Assembly (NCBI GenBank): GCA_038087875.1 | Contig: CM075993.1 | Location: 2,296,001-2,360,000 of the forward strand | DNA length: 64,000 bases | Reading direction: 5' to 3' | DNA from: Malacoraja senta | Lineage: Eukaryota | Shown here: one piece after another, positions 25,218 through 37,800 of the stretch | How the letters are laid out: every line of letters begins with the position of its first letter | Numbering within the stretch: the first letter of the stretch is position 1 | Notes under the pieces: model-generated | Database searches by the model: none | What the model was told of the DNA's origin: nothing | What the model saw: the letters and a program-made list of their open reading frames with translations, nothing else | Made by a program: the position numbers and the translations under genes

Positions 25218-26042
25218 CTGAGAGGTTCAAATAAAGCAGAACAAAAATTAATCACAAAAGATTCAGTAAAAAAAAATATTATATTCAGTGGCAGAAAACA
25301 AAGTTCTGGAGGAACTTATAAAATCATGAGAATAATAGATCGGGTAGACGCACAGAGTCTCTTGCCCTAAGTAGGTGAATCAAGAACCAGAGGACATAGG
25401 TTTCAGGTGAAGGGGAAAAGATTTAATAGGAATCTGAGGGGTGACTTTTTCACACAAAGGGTGGTGGGTGTATGGAAAAAGCTGCCAGAGGAAGTAGTTG
25501 AGGCAGGGACTATCCCAACATTTAAGGATGTTAGGATAGCATCCTAACATCCATGTACCTAACATGGATGTTTGGATAGCATCTTAACATCCATGTACCT
25601 GTCTAACTAACAGTTAGACAGGTACATGGATAGGACAGGTTTGGAGGGATATGGACCAAACACAGGCAGGTGGGACTAGTGTAGCTGGGATATGTTGGCC
25701 GGTGTGGGCAAGTTGGGCCGAAGGGCTTGTTTCCACACCGTATCACTCTATGACTCTAAGTGTACAGGTCAGGCAGTAACTATGGAAGGAATGGACAGAC
25801 AATGTTTCTGATCAGTCTAACGAAGGGTCCCGGCACGCCCATTCCCTCCACAGATGCTTCCCGACCGGCTGAGTTCCTTTGTTTCCTACTCAAGATTCTA
25901 GCATCCGCTGTTTCTTGTTTCTTGTGTCTCTCTATTCTATTTATTCTCTTTCAAAGAAAGTTAACATTGCTGGTGAAATCGAAGAGAAACAGAGGACCTG
26001 TAATTTGGCAAAAAGCAGAAGAACCACAAGTTAGATGAGCAG

Positions 26043-26795
26043 GTAGACAACATTTCTGGAGAAACTCAGCGGGTGCGGCAGCGTCTATGGAGCGAAGGAA
26101 ATAGGCAACGTTTCGGTCCGAAACCCTTCCGGGTTTCGTCCCGAAACGTTGCCTATTTCCTTCAGGGTTTCGGCCCGAAACGTTGCCTATTTCCTTCGCT
26201 CCATAGATGCTGCTGCACCCGCTGAGTTTCTCCAGCACTTTTGTCTACCTTCGATTTTCCAGCATCTGCTGTTCCTTCTTAAACATGGTGGAGTCGATCT
26301 GATGGGCCGAATGGCTCAATTCTGCTATGATTACATAATCCTCTCTCCTCCATCGCCTCCAGCACTTCAACTCCCCCTCCCATTCCGTATCTGACCTCTC
26401 TGTCCTGGGTCTCCTCCTTGGTCACAGCGAGCAACACCGGAAATTGGAGGAAATGCACCTCATAGGTGATAGGAAATGCACCTCATAGGAAATGCACCTC
26501 ACCACCACTTGGCCAGTCTACATCCTGGGGGCATGAACATTGAATTCTCCCAATGCTGCTAGCCCTTGCTGTCCCCTCCCCTTCATCAGCCCTCTGGTTG
26601 TCTCCTCCCATCCCCCAGCCCTCGGGCTCCTCCTCCGCCTTTTTTCCTTTTTTCCTTTCTTCTCTCCACCCCCTATCAGTCTGAAGAAGGGTTTCGGTCT
26701 GAAACGTTGCCTATTTCCTTCGCTCCATAGATGCTGCTGCACCCGCTGAGTTTCTCCAGCAATTTTGTCTACCTTTGATTTTCCAGCACAATTGA
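26043..26795 (+). mobile_element. Penelope-like composite: inverted terminal repeats, GIY-YIG C-terminal remnant and sense terminal repeat
   Basis: HFNSPSHSVSDLSVLGLL..SEQHRKLEE.HLI..LHPGGMNIEFS at ~26363-26550; 17-bp flanking duplication at 26026-26042 and 26796-26812. Confidence 0.8.
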
Positions 26796-29280
26796 ACAAG
26801 TTAGATGAGCAGCTACGTTTGAGCACTTACGAACTTGAAGCCGATTCATTCATGGCATTTAAAAACTGAGGTGGATCAATATTTCAATGGGGCAATGGGA
26901 AGGGAACTGGGAGTGGGAACTCGTTGGTGTCCTCTTGCATAGAGCTGGTATGATTCTGCAGACTATTGGATAAGAATGAGTTTGATTGCAGTTTGTTACG
27001 ATATTTCAATTGACGGTCAATGGACTTCCATTGTTTCTTGTGGAACAATGGACAAATTTATCACCACTGATGTTCAAATAAAGGAATGGTCACACTAAAA
27101 CAGGTCATCTGAACCATCACTTCTTGCCCTGATAAACTCATGATCCATTAATGGTACAGCCATTGACAATCGTGACATTAAATTATGTGGCACAGTGGTA
27201 CTGTCAATGGAACCGCTCCCGAACAGTGCCAGATACCGGGGTTCGATTCTGACTTTGGACGTTGTCTGTGTGGCGTTTCCACGTTCAGTTTCCTCTCTGT
27301 CCCAAAGATGTGCAAGTTGGTAGGTTAGATGTGTAGGAAGGAACTACAGATGCTGGTTTATATCGAAGATAGACTGGAGTATCTCGGTGGGACATGCAGC
27401 ATCTCTGGAGAGAAGGAATGGGTGATGTTTCAGGCCATGATCACATTGAATGGCGTTGCTGGCTCGAAGGGCCGAATGGCCTACTCCTGCACCTATTGTC
27501 TATTGTCTATTGAACAAGCAACCAGAAGAGGTTAGTGTGGGCAAGTTGGGCCGAAGGGCCTGTTTCCACGCTGTATCACTCTATGACTCCAAATTGGCAA
27601 TAAATAACAGAACAAAAAATCTTGCAGGTGGTTTAAGGCGTTGTCAAATGTTATCTTTTTGGAGTTCATCCCAGAACAGTAATAAAAATAACATTTATGG
27701 TCTATAATTTGTGATTAGAGCATTGTTGAAGCTGTCAGTAGTTGCTGGAACTAAACTGAAGCAGACGAGCAAACTCTGGTGGATGCAATCACATAAACTG
27801 CTGTTAGTGTGATGTTGCAGTCTTCACAATCATAATCATAATAATACTTTATTAGCAAAGTATGTTTTGCAACATACGAGGAATTTCATTTGCCATACGG
27901 TCATGCCAATAAGTTCCAATCAACACAAAACTGTATTTTATGCGTTGAAATGTGTAAAATGCTTTTCAGAAGATCAATTAAAATGTTAAGTTTTAGTGAT
28001 TTTTTAAGGCAGAGATAGGTAGATACTTGTGTAGGAAAGAACTGCAGAAGCTGGTTTAAATCGAAGATAGACACAAAGTGCTGGAGCAACTCAGTGGGAC
28101 AGGCAGCATCTCTGGAGAGAAGGAATGGGTGACGTTTCGGGTCGAGACCCTTCTTCATTGATAGTTTCTTGATTAGTACGGGTGTGGGGGAGAAGGCAGG
28201 AGAATGGGGTTAGGAGGGAGAGAAAGATCAGCCATGATTGAATGGCGGAGTAGACTTGATGGGCCGACATGACCTCGAATAAAATAAAACTGTTTTTAAC
28301 ACCATACTAAATAATATTTACAGCTGAACAACCTCTCTGGCCCAGACAATCTGCTTTCAAATCAATCAATAACATATACATCAAATAAATCACTCAATAA
28401 CACATAAACATGTTGATGCATTTTTCAATGCTTAAGAGTATTTTGTATGTTGAGCTTCTTATGACATAGAGTCATCAAGTGATACAGCGTGGTAACAGGC
28501 CCATTGGCCCAACTTGCCCACGGTGACCCACATGTCCCATGTCCCACCTGCCTGCATTTGGCCCATATCCCTCTAGACCTATCCTATCCATGTACCTGTC
28601 TAAATGTTTCTTAAATGTTGTAATAGAACCTGCCTCCGGCAGCTCATTCAGCCTTTGTGTAAAAAAAGTTATCCTTCTTTTCCCCTTCACCTTCAACCTA
28701 TGTCCTGGTTTGCTGGTTGGGAGATTTCTCCATGTGATTGGCTGCTCTTAGGAACTGCGTATCTTTGTGATCAAGATCTGCTTAACTTCCGACGTAAAGA
28801 TCGAGACAATCAACTTTTACATAAGTGTCGAAAACACCAGAAATGGGCACGTCACCGTAATTTTTTTGGAAGGGCAAATAACATTCTAATTATTCACGCA
28901 ATATCTTCCAGTTGCCAATGAGATAACAATTTGTGGAGTTGTTTAGGGCTGGATATTAGCCAGAGAACCAGGAAAACTGGTTCTGACATGATCGAAAAAG
29001 TTATGTTGGTATTCCACTTTAAATTAGAAATGTAAAAATGTTTGATATCGTGAGCTAGTTCAGAAAGATCTTTATTTATTCATGGGATGTACATGTTACT
29101 GACAACAATGGCATTTATGGTCGCAACTGAACATGCAATGATACTGTTGAGTCTGTTTACAAATACACAGGACTGGATGTTAAAAGTCCAAAGTGCCAAA
29201 TATCAATTTACTCCCGATGGTGATGGGAGCCTTCTGCACTCAACTATGCTCCTCCGATGTTGAGAAAGGCTAGGCAGACA

Positions 29281-29485
29281 CATCATTGGGGTTATCAAGT
29301 GGGCACCTACTTTCATCGACGTTTCGCTGATTGAACCCACGACGTCTCCAGTGGGCTCAGCGGTGCATTCTGGCGTCCCAGAACCATCCCCCTCTGCATC
29401 TGTCTAGTCGGTTATTTGGGAGACCAAATGGGGTCTTTCCTCTTCAGCCAGAGCCACTGGCTACTCTGCTCTGCCACCCGTGATG
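29281..29485 (-). mobile_element. 3' fragment of a restriction-like-endonuclease LINE (Hero/R2-like)
   Basis: AEQSSQWLWLKRKDPIWSPK* followed by a structured GC-rich 3' UTR; family recognised from memory. Confidence 0.55.
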
Positions 29486-32461
29486 TTTCTGGAGTCTCAT
29501 ATTAACCTAACCTCATTCCCCAAAGAACATTAGTGAACCACATGAGCTATTACAAAATCGAATAGTTTCACGTTTGACGAGGTCATAAGGTATTAAGTGA
29601 TTGGAGAATTATTAGGCCATTCGGCCCATCGTCTACTCCGCCATTCAATCATGGCTGATGAATCTAATGAAGCAATGCCTAGCCTATTAGTTCAGTAACC
29701 TAACCACTATACTACAATACCAGACTTTAATAACCTTTTTGTTCTTTATCAGAAGTAAAAGATAATTCACTTGCAGAGGACAAGTTCAGCATTGGAATGC
29801 ATGTTACATAGTTGAAAACCAAGCACTACAAGGAAGAGAGTGATCTAGGAGAACATGTCTACAAAACCTCTGAATCACCATTTATAAATATTGTGGTTAA
29901 CAAGACTTCTGGATGGCCTGATGCTGCCTGGCCCGCTGAGTTACTCCAGCACTCTGTGAAACGTCACCTATCCATGTTCTCCACAGATGCTGCCTGGCCC
30001 GCTGAGTTACTCCAGCACTTTGTGTATTTTTCAAGAAATATACAAGCAGGAACAACACCAGCTACTGACTGCAGTATAACCGTTATCACCGCTGTTTTAG
30101 ACATATCTACCTCTCGGGCAAGTGATTGTGAAATCAACCCACCTGTTTATAACATTACGGTTGTTATTATCCAGGAACCACCAATTCATAAGGTCATAAG
30201 TTCTGGGAGCAGAATTAGGCCATTCGGCCCATCAAGTCTACTCCGCCATTCAATCATGGCTGATCTATCTTTCCCTCTCAACTCCATTCTACTGCCTTCT
30301 CCCCATAACATCTGACACCCGCACTAATCAAGAGTCTATCTATCTCTGCCTTAAAAAATATCCATTGACTTGGCCTCCGCAGCCATCTGTGGCAAAGAAT
30401 TCCACAGATTCACCACCCTCTGACTAAAGAAATCCCTCCCAAACCTGAGAGGGGAATAGTTTATTAAGAACCTGAAGGGCATCTTTATCACTCAGAGTAG
30501 GGGAATCGAGAACCAGGGGACATAGGTTTAACGTGAGAGGGGAAAATATTTTTTTTCACACAGAATGTGGTCCGATCGCCGGAAAAAAAGTATTTTGCAA
30601 ATTCATTTCCAAAATACAGTCTCTGAGGCAACCTGGATTCTTATCCTCAAGTGTCTGGAGTGTGATTAAAATGGCTCAACTTCCAATTCAGAAACAAGTT
30701 CACATGGTAACTGAGTGAAACTGATACAAGAGTCACACCTTATACATTCCATTAAAAATCTCTTTCAACAAAACTAAATCAAAATAAAATGTACTTCAGT
30801 GTTTAGAGATACAGCGCAGAAACAAGAAGCCCTTTGGCCCACCGAGTCCACGATGACCTGAACATTAGCACGATTAGTACACTATTACTATTATTATTAG
30901 TGTATTATTGTACAATAGACAATAGACAATAGGTGGAGGAGTAGGCCATTCGGCCCTTCGAGCCAGCACCACCATTCACTGTGATCATGGCTGATCATCC
31001 ACAATCTGTACCCCGTTCCTGCCTTCTCCCCATATCCCTTGACTCCACCATCCATAAGGCACAATTTACAATTTTTACCGACAATTTTAACCTAGAAAAC
31101 CTGTACGTCTTTGGAGTGTGGGAGGAAACTGCATTTGGAGTAAACCACCATGGTCACAGGGAGAACGTGCAAACTCCGTACAGACAGCACCCGTGGTCAG
31201 AATCGAACCCGGGTCTCCGGTGCTGTGAGGCAGCACCTCCACCGCTGCCTCACCGTGCCTCACCGTGCCGTGCTATTATTTCATTTTGGCTCTACCTATC
31301 ATTCCCCTTATTTCCAGTCGAGCTTTATCTTCATTCAGTGTTAGGAACGCAAGCAACTGCAGATGCTGGAACTCAAAGCAAAACACAAAGTGCTGGAGTA
31401 ACTCAGCTGATCGGGCAGCATCTGTGGTTAGAATGGATAGCTGACGTTCCAGTTCGAAATACCACCTATCCATGTTTAGTTTAATTATGTATAGTTTAGA
31501 GATACAGTGTGGAATCAGGCCCTTCGGCCTACGAGTCCACGACAACCATCATTCACCTGTACACTAGTTCTATCTTACACACCAGAGATTATTTACCAAA
31601 GCCAATTAACCTATAAACATAAGGTACACAAAAATGCTGGAGAAACTCAGCGGGTGCAGCAGCATCTATGGAGCGAAGGAAATAGGCAACGTTTCGGGCC
31701 GAAACCCTTCTTCAGGAAGAAGGGTTTTGTGTACCTTTGATTTTCCAGCATCTGCAGTTCCTTCTTTAACAACCTATAAACATATTTCTCTAACTTCAAT
31801 TAGCCCTTGCTTTCCCTCTCTCTCCATCTCCTCCCCTTCCCAGTTCTCCGACCAATCTTACTGTCTCTGACTACATTCTATCTCTGTACTGCCCACTCCC
31901 CTGACATCAGTCTGAAGAAGGGTCTCGACCCGAAACATCACCCATTCCTTCTCTCCAGAGATGCCGCCTGTCCCGCTGAGTTGCTCCAGCATTTTATGTC
32001 TATCTTCAACCTACAAATCAACATGTCTTTGGAATGTGGGAAGGAACCTGAGCACCCGGAGAAAACCCACGTGGTCACAGGGAGAACGTACAAACTCGGT
32101 ACAGGCAGCACCAGTAGTCAGGATCGAACCCGGGCTCTGGCGCTGTAAGGCAACAACTCTACCGCTGCGCCACTGTGCCGCCCACCACCCCCAGTCCTCC
32201 ACAGATGCCACCTGATCCGCTGAGTTACTCCAGCACTTTGTGTTTTGCTCTTCATTTTGTGTCAATACATTTATTTGTGTAATCTGGCATTACTTTTAAT
32301 TTAAGTCTATTTCAGTATCCGTTGTTGGTGTTAGCTGTTTGCAATAAGTGCTTCAATTTGAAACCTGATAATGTTTTAGACATCAAGTTTATATTACAAA
32401 AGAAAAATCTGAATAGATGCTTGCAATTCTAAAATGTTCCAAGGATTCCAAGTCAGCTTAC

Positions 32462-32626
32462 CAAAGTAGACAAAGAGAACAGTTCGGTTTTTGGCACATG
32501 GTATTCCTGATTCTCCTTTCATCGCCACATTGCTGATATTGCGGGGATTTGGTAACTCCGGTTCCTGAATAACCTGGTAAACTCCGTCAGCATAACGAGC
32601 AGGCAGCAGGCGTACAAACGGGGCAT
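32462..32626 (-). CDS. DUOX: DUOX coding exon 3: [17 protein letters not shown]...[10 protein letters not shown]
   Basis: Peroxidase-family [11 protein letters not shown] motif; 165 nt; AG/GT. Confidence 0.97.
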
Positions 32627-33922
32627 CTGAAAGGAAAACAAAATCAACCATGTTTTCTTTTGAAAATCAATGTTAAACCTGGTGTCTTTTCATTTCTGGC
32701 CTTTGTCCGACTGCCTGCCTATCAACCCTCCACTCCCCCCCCCTCCCTCCCCTTCACCTGTATCCACCTATCACTCGCTAGGCTTTACCATGCCCTTCTC
32801 TGTTCTAGCTATCCTCCCCTCCATCACAATCAGCCTGAAGAAGGGTCTTGACCTGAAACGTCATCTATCCACATTCTCAATAGACAATAGACAATAGACA
32901 ATAAGTGCAGGAGTAGACCATTTGGCCCTTTGAGCCAGCACCGCCATTCAATGTGATCATGGCTGATCATCCCCAATCAGTACCCCGTTCCTGCCTTCTC
33001 CCCATATCCCCCTGACTCCGCTATTTTTAAGAGCCCTATCTAGCTCTCTCTTGAAAGCATCTGGAGAACCTGCCTCCACCGCCCTCTGAGGCAGAGAATT
33101 CCATCTCCAGAGATGCTGCCTGACCCACTGAGTTATTTCAGCACTTTGTGTCTTTTTTCTCCTAATGGTAAAACTAACTTCTTAATGCTTCAACACACAT
33201 GATACCAGATTTCTCTCCCCTTCTACGAACAGTCTAACAAAGTCCCTACCCAAAATATCACCTGTCCATTCTCTCCAGAGATGCTGTCTGACCCGCTGAG
33301 TTAATCCATCACTTTCTGCCTTTATCAGGATCCCAGTTATTAGGGATATGGATCATGTACAGGCAGATGAGATTTGTTTGACTAGACATCACGTTTGGCA
33401 CAAACATTGTGGGCCAAAGGGCCTGTTCCCGTGCTATACTGTTCCATGTTCTATATTGGCTATTGGCATGGAATTTAGAGAAAAAGGGATTTGTCACAAT
33501 TGTATAGGGTGTAGAAACCGTGAATAGTTGTGCTCTGCTATTTCAGAGAAGAACATATTAGATACGGTACGAATGGAGTCACAAAAAAATTGCTGATGCC
33601 GGAATCTTGTGCAAAAGACAAAGTGCTGGAGGAACTTAGCCGGTTGGGCAGCATCAGTGAAGGGAATTGCAGACAGCATTCAGAGTTGGGACCCTTCTAT
33701 GGATATCTGCTACAAAATTTGCTCACTATGTAGACAAGATGGTGTATGACCAGTTTAGTTTAGTTTAGTTTCGAGAAACAGGCCCTTCGGCCCACCGAGT
33801 CTGCACTGACCAGCGATCCCCGCACATTAACACTATCCTACACACACTAGGGACAATTTACTGCTGTGCCACCGTGCCGCCCATTGTGGTACAGGCAATT
33901 GCAGTCAGACTGGACTACTTAC

Positions 33923-34000
33923 CGACTGTACCCCTGCTGTGGTGGGCTAGATTGTTGTACCATCCATCATATCGCTGTATTTCCCAGTTCAGAATGGCAT
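33923..34000 (-). CDS. DUOX: DUOX coding exon 2: [25 protein letters not shown]
   Basis: WE.QRYDGW.NNL motif of DUOX; AG/GT boundaries; 78 nt, phase 1-1. Confidence 0.96.
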
Positions 34001-35349
34001 CTAAACAAATGAAAATCAACATGGTTGACATTTAAAATATCCTTTGATGACATATTTCAGTCATAAGACTGATTAGTGATTCAGATATATATTCAAACAC
34101 ATCATTCATTAAATAAACATGGAATACAAAAAGTTTAAGAAAGAACTTCAGATGCTGGAAAAATCGAAGGTATCCAATCCAATCCATTTTTCTTTATTTG
34201 TTAAGCACTTTAACAAATGTTGGCCAAAGTGCTGTACAGAAGAATAAACAAGACATCATAAACATAACAGAACATAACATAACAGCTCACATGAGGCGCA
34301 AAAATTACATATGAAATGTTGTAGGGAAGACTATCCATACAAATAATAAAAAGAGGTAGAAAAAAATGACACAACACACTATAAGAAATTCAACACGAAC
34401 ATCTGCTAGACAAAAGGTAGACTAAAATGCTGGAGATACTCAGTGGGTGAGGCAGCATCTATGGAGCGAAGGAATAGATGATGTTTCGGGTCGAGACCGT
34501 TCTTCAGACGAGTCTCGACCCGAAACGTCACCTATTCCTTCGCTCCATAGATGCTGCCTCACCCGCTGAGTTTCTCCAGCATTTTTGTCTACCATGGAAT
34601 ACAAAAATATCACAATCAGCAATGATGACCATTAAAGTACAAATTGTCATAAAAAAATCTATATTTGTCTGAAGAAGGGTCTCGACCCGAAACGTCGCCT
34701 ATTTCCTTCGCTCCATAGATGCTGCCTCACCTGCTGAGTTTCTCCAGCATTTTTGTCTACCTTTGATTTTTCCAGCATCTGCAGTTCTTTCTTAAACATA
34801 TATTTGTCATTAATGTGCTTTAGGGAATAAAATCCATTACACAAGCTGCAAGGGCATATTTATATATTTTCCAAAATTATTTGAAAAGACAAATCTCTTC
34901 TCTTACAGATTAGCAAGAAAACCTAATTTTATAATTCAGATACATTTTAATCTTAAAATGCAAACTGCTGAAGTCAATTCCTTAACTATTTTCCTTTGGG
35001 ACCTGGCTCTGAATGTTTGCAATTCTTAGCAAGTCACAAAAACTGAAAGACCTCTTAAAAGTGTCAGCAAAGTTTACTATCACTGAAAAGTGTTTGTTTC
35101 TGGAAGTTCTCTTAGTTACGGCATTTCTGGCTCAAGGCCCTGGTCTTTGTACCATTTCTCTGACTGCATGTAAATAAATACTTACTCCAAGGCCATTCCA
35201 TCGCTTCCCCATTCCCATGCTAACCTATAATTAAAATCAGCATGCCCAGAGCCCTTTTAAACTGCTCAAGGATTTAAAAACAGAACTTATCTAAGGGGAT
35301 GATTAAACCTGTTGATACCGTACCAAAGGCCCGACAATAGGCCCGGCTC

Positions 35350-35363
35350 GTTGCCATGGCAAC
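35350..35363. promoter_or_regulatory. Perfect RFX X-box in a CpG-rich patch (~35290-35520)
   Basis: GTTGCCATGGCAAC, extended to a 16-bp palindrome by its flanks. Confidence 0.6.
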
Positions 35364-36320
35364 GGGAACCGGCCCGGAGAGGTTTCCGCCATAGCCGGCC
35401 TCTGCTCACCGCGTGGACCGGATAGGAGGGGGTCGGACGAAGGGCAGGGAAACTGACCAGCGGAGGGAAGCAGTGCAGGGCCCCTACGGTGTAGAGGGCA
35501 TCAGGTGGCCCTGCAGCAGCCTGAGGTTATGTAGGATTGGACTCTACTCCATGGAGCGCAGGAGGATGAGGGGTGATCTTATTGAGGTGTATAAAATGAT
35601 GAGAGGAATAGATTCGGGTAGATGCACAGAGACTCTTGCCCAGAGTAGGGGAATCGAGGACAAGAGGGCATAGGTTTAAGGTGATGGGGAAAAGATTTAA
35701 TAGCAATCCGAGGGGTAACTTTTTCACACAAGCTGCCAGAGGAGGTAGTTGAAGCTGGGACTATCCCAATGTTTAAGAAACAGTTCGACAGGTACATGGA
35801 TAGGACAGGTTTGGAGGGATACGGACCAAATGCGGGTAGGTGGGACTAGTGTTCCTGGGACATGTTGGCTGGTGTGGGCAAGTTTGGTAGAAAGGCCTGT
35901 TTCCACGCTGTATCACTCTATGAATCTATGATTCTAAGAGGGAAAGAGAGAGAAAGTGCGAAAGAAAAGGAGAGAAAGGGAGAGAGAAAGAAAGAGAAAT
36001 TGAGAGGAGAAGAGAGAGAGTGTGTGTACCAATATGTACACACACATATGTCTCATATGTGCCAAAACGAAACAAGTACATTCTTACTTGCAGCAGCACA
36101 GTAGTGAATAGATAACACAATAAACAAACAAAAAACAAGTTCAGTGAATAAAAACTACAGTATAATGATGACAGAAAATCAACGGGAATGATTCAATATG
36201 CAAGGACCATGGTTCAAATATGATTTGGTCCATCATTATTTAAAGGCAAGCCAAGGATAAACAGTACTACTAGTGCTGGAAGAAGCTTTGTTTCTAAGCT
36301 ATGTTAACTATGTTACTTAC

Positions 36321-36393
36321 GGGTTAATGAAGGACAGCACAGAATGAGAGTCCAGTAAACAGCCACTGCTTTAAAACCATTGCTTTCCGCCAT
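36321..36393 (-). CDS. DUOX: DUOX coding exon 1 (start, signal peptide) MAESNGFKAVAVYWTLILCCPSLT
   Basis: ATC-ATG-G context, hydrophobic stretch, 73 nt ending in phase 1 at C|GTAAGT, in frame with the next exon. Confidence 0.8.
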
Positions 36394-36985
36394 GATCTTC
36401 AACGTTTTAATTTTTTACATGCAGACTGATTCTCCAGATGGCTCTGTCAATAACAGTAATGAGATAGACATGAACTAGAAAGTTTTGATGTGAAACATAT
36501 CCCGAATTTAATGCTCTTTTAATTGAAATAACTCGAAGCCTTCCACCAGTACAATCGTAGCAAGAGTCTCAACTTCAACAGTTATATAACACCAATGAGC
36601 TAGTGAAAGTGGAAACACAGTTCAGGGACGATGCATAATTGAGAGCTCATAGTTATCAGAAAAAAGACCCAAAACCTTAAGTTTCCCTTCTTAAAAAACA
36701 GAAGATGCCAGTTTGGAAACCTTTTAAGATTATGAAGGCATTTGAAAAGTGGTGAAAATTGCAGTTCCCAAAACAATCTCAATTTGGCATTTTCTGAATA
36801 GAAATTAAGTAATGTTAAAGTCGATAGTAATTAATTACTCGATTTAACATGATGAATATAAGATACTATAACTTATTGCGACATTTACAGAGCATGGTTT
36901 AATCTGTTCTACACCAACAAGAAATATTCAAGGCAAATAATGGAATTAAAAATTTGCAACAATCTGAAAAGGAACCTGAACATAC

Positions 36986-37080
36986 CTTTTGGCAAACGTG
37001 ATATCTATTCTCAAGCAGCGCATCACAAAGAGAGGGGTAGATTGCTCATGCTGTCTTGACGGCAAAAGCTAGCCTTTAGT
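36986..37080 (-). other. DUOX: Probable non-coding first exon of DUOX (5' end approximate)
   Basis: Strong donor AAAAG|GTATGT at 36986/36985 downstream of the TATA-like element. Candidate acceptor TTGACAG at 36444 upstream of the ATG exon. Confidence 0.45.
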
Positions 37081-37088
37081 CCAAGCTT

Positions 37089-37134
37089 GGGCGGATTTGA
37101 CTGCTCCTTATAAAGAGGCACAGGAGGAAATGTG
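37089..37134 (-). promoter_or_regulatory. DUOX: Probable DUOX core promoter (TATA-like element, GC box, ETS-like site)
   Basis: Minus strand reads TTTATAAG at 37114-37107, about 30 nt upstream of a candidate first exon. GGGCGG at 37089-37094 and GAGGAAATGTG near 37124-37134, in non-repetitive sequence. Inference only. Confidence 0.5.
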
Positions 37135-37276
37135 GATTAAATAAATTATTTGCCAAAAGCATCGTCACTGAAGGGAACACACCTTATAGGCGGCTCTCAG
37201 ATGATGTGCTCAGATGCCCCTGAGGCATTTAATTAAAGAAATAGCACACACAGCTTAAAATATGTGAAGTCCAATT

Positions 37277-37800
37277 ATTCTTGCAATTGAGGGAGTGCAT
37301 AGTAGGTTCACGAGGTTAATTCTTGGGATGGCGGGACTGTCATATGCTGAGAGAATGGAGTGGCTGGGCTTGTACACTCTGGAATTTAGAAGGATGAGAG
37401 GGAATCTTATTGAAACATATAGGATTATTAAGGGTTTAGACACGCTAGAGGCAGGAAACATGTTCCCGATGTTGGGGGAGTCCAGAACCAGGGGCCACAG
37501 TTTAAGAATAAGGAGTAAGCCATTTAGAACGGAGACGAGGAAACACTTTTTCACACAGAGAGTGGTGAGTCTGTGGAATTCTCTGCCTCAGAGGGCGGTG
37601 GAGGCCGGTTCTCTGGATACTTTCAAGAAAGAGCTAGATGGGGCTCTTAAAGATAGCGGAGTCAGGGGATAAGGGGAGAAGGCAGGAACGGGTACTGATT
37701 GTGGATGATCAGCCATCATCACATTGAATGAAGGATAAGCAGCTCGAAGGGCTAAATGGCCTACTCCTGCACCTATTGTCTATTGTCTCTATTGTCTATT
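37277..37800 (+). mobile_element. 5'-truncated CR1 just upstream of the DUOX promoter
   Basis: RT C-terminal ORF 37295-37672 and (CTATTGT)n tail. Confidence 0.9.

Noticed and set aside
35186..35224. 39-nt AG..GTAAGT segment as an extra DUOX exon
   Set aside because: Introduces TAG in the DUOX phase, and the reading frame is complete without it.
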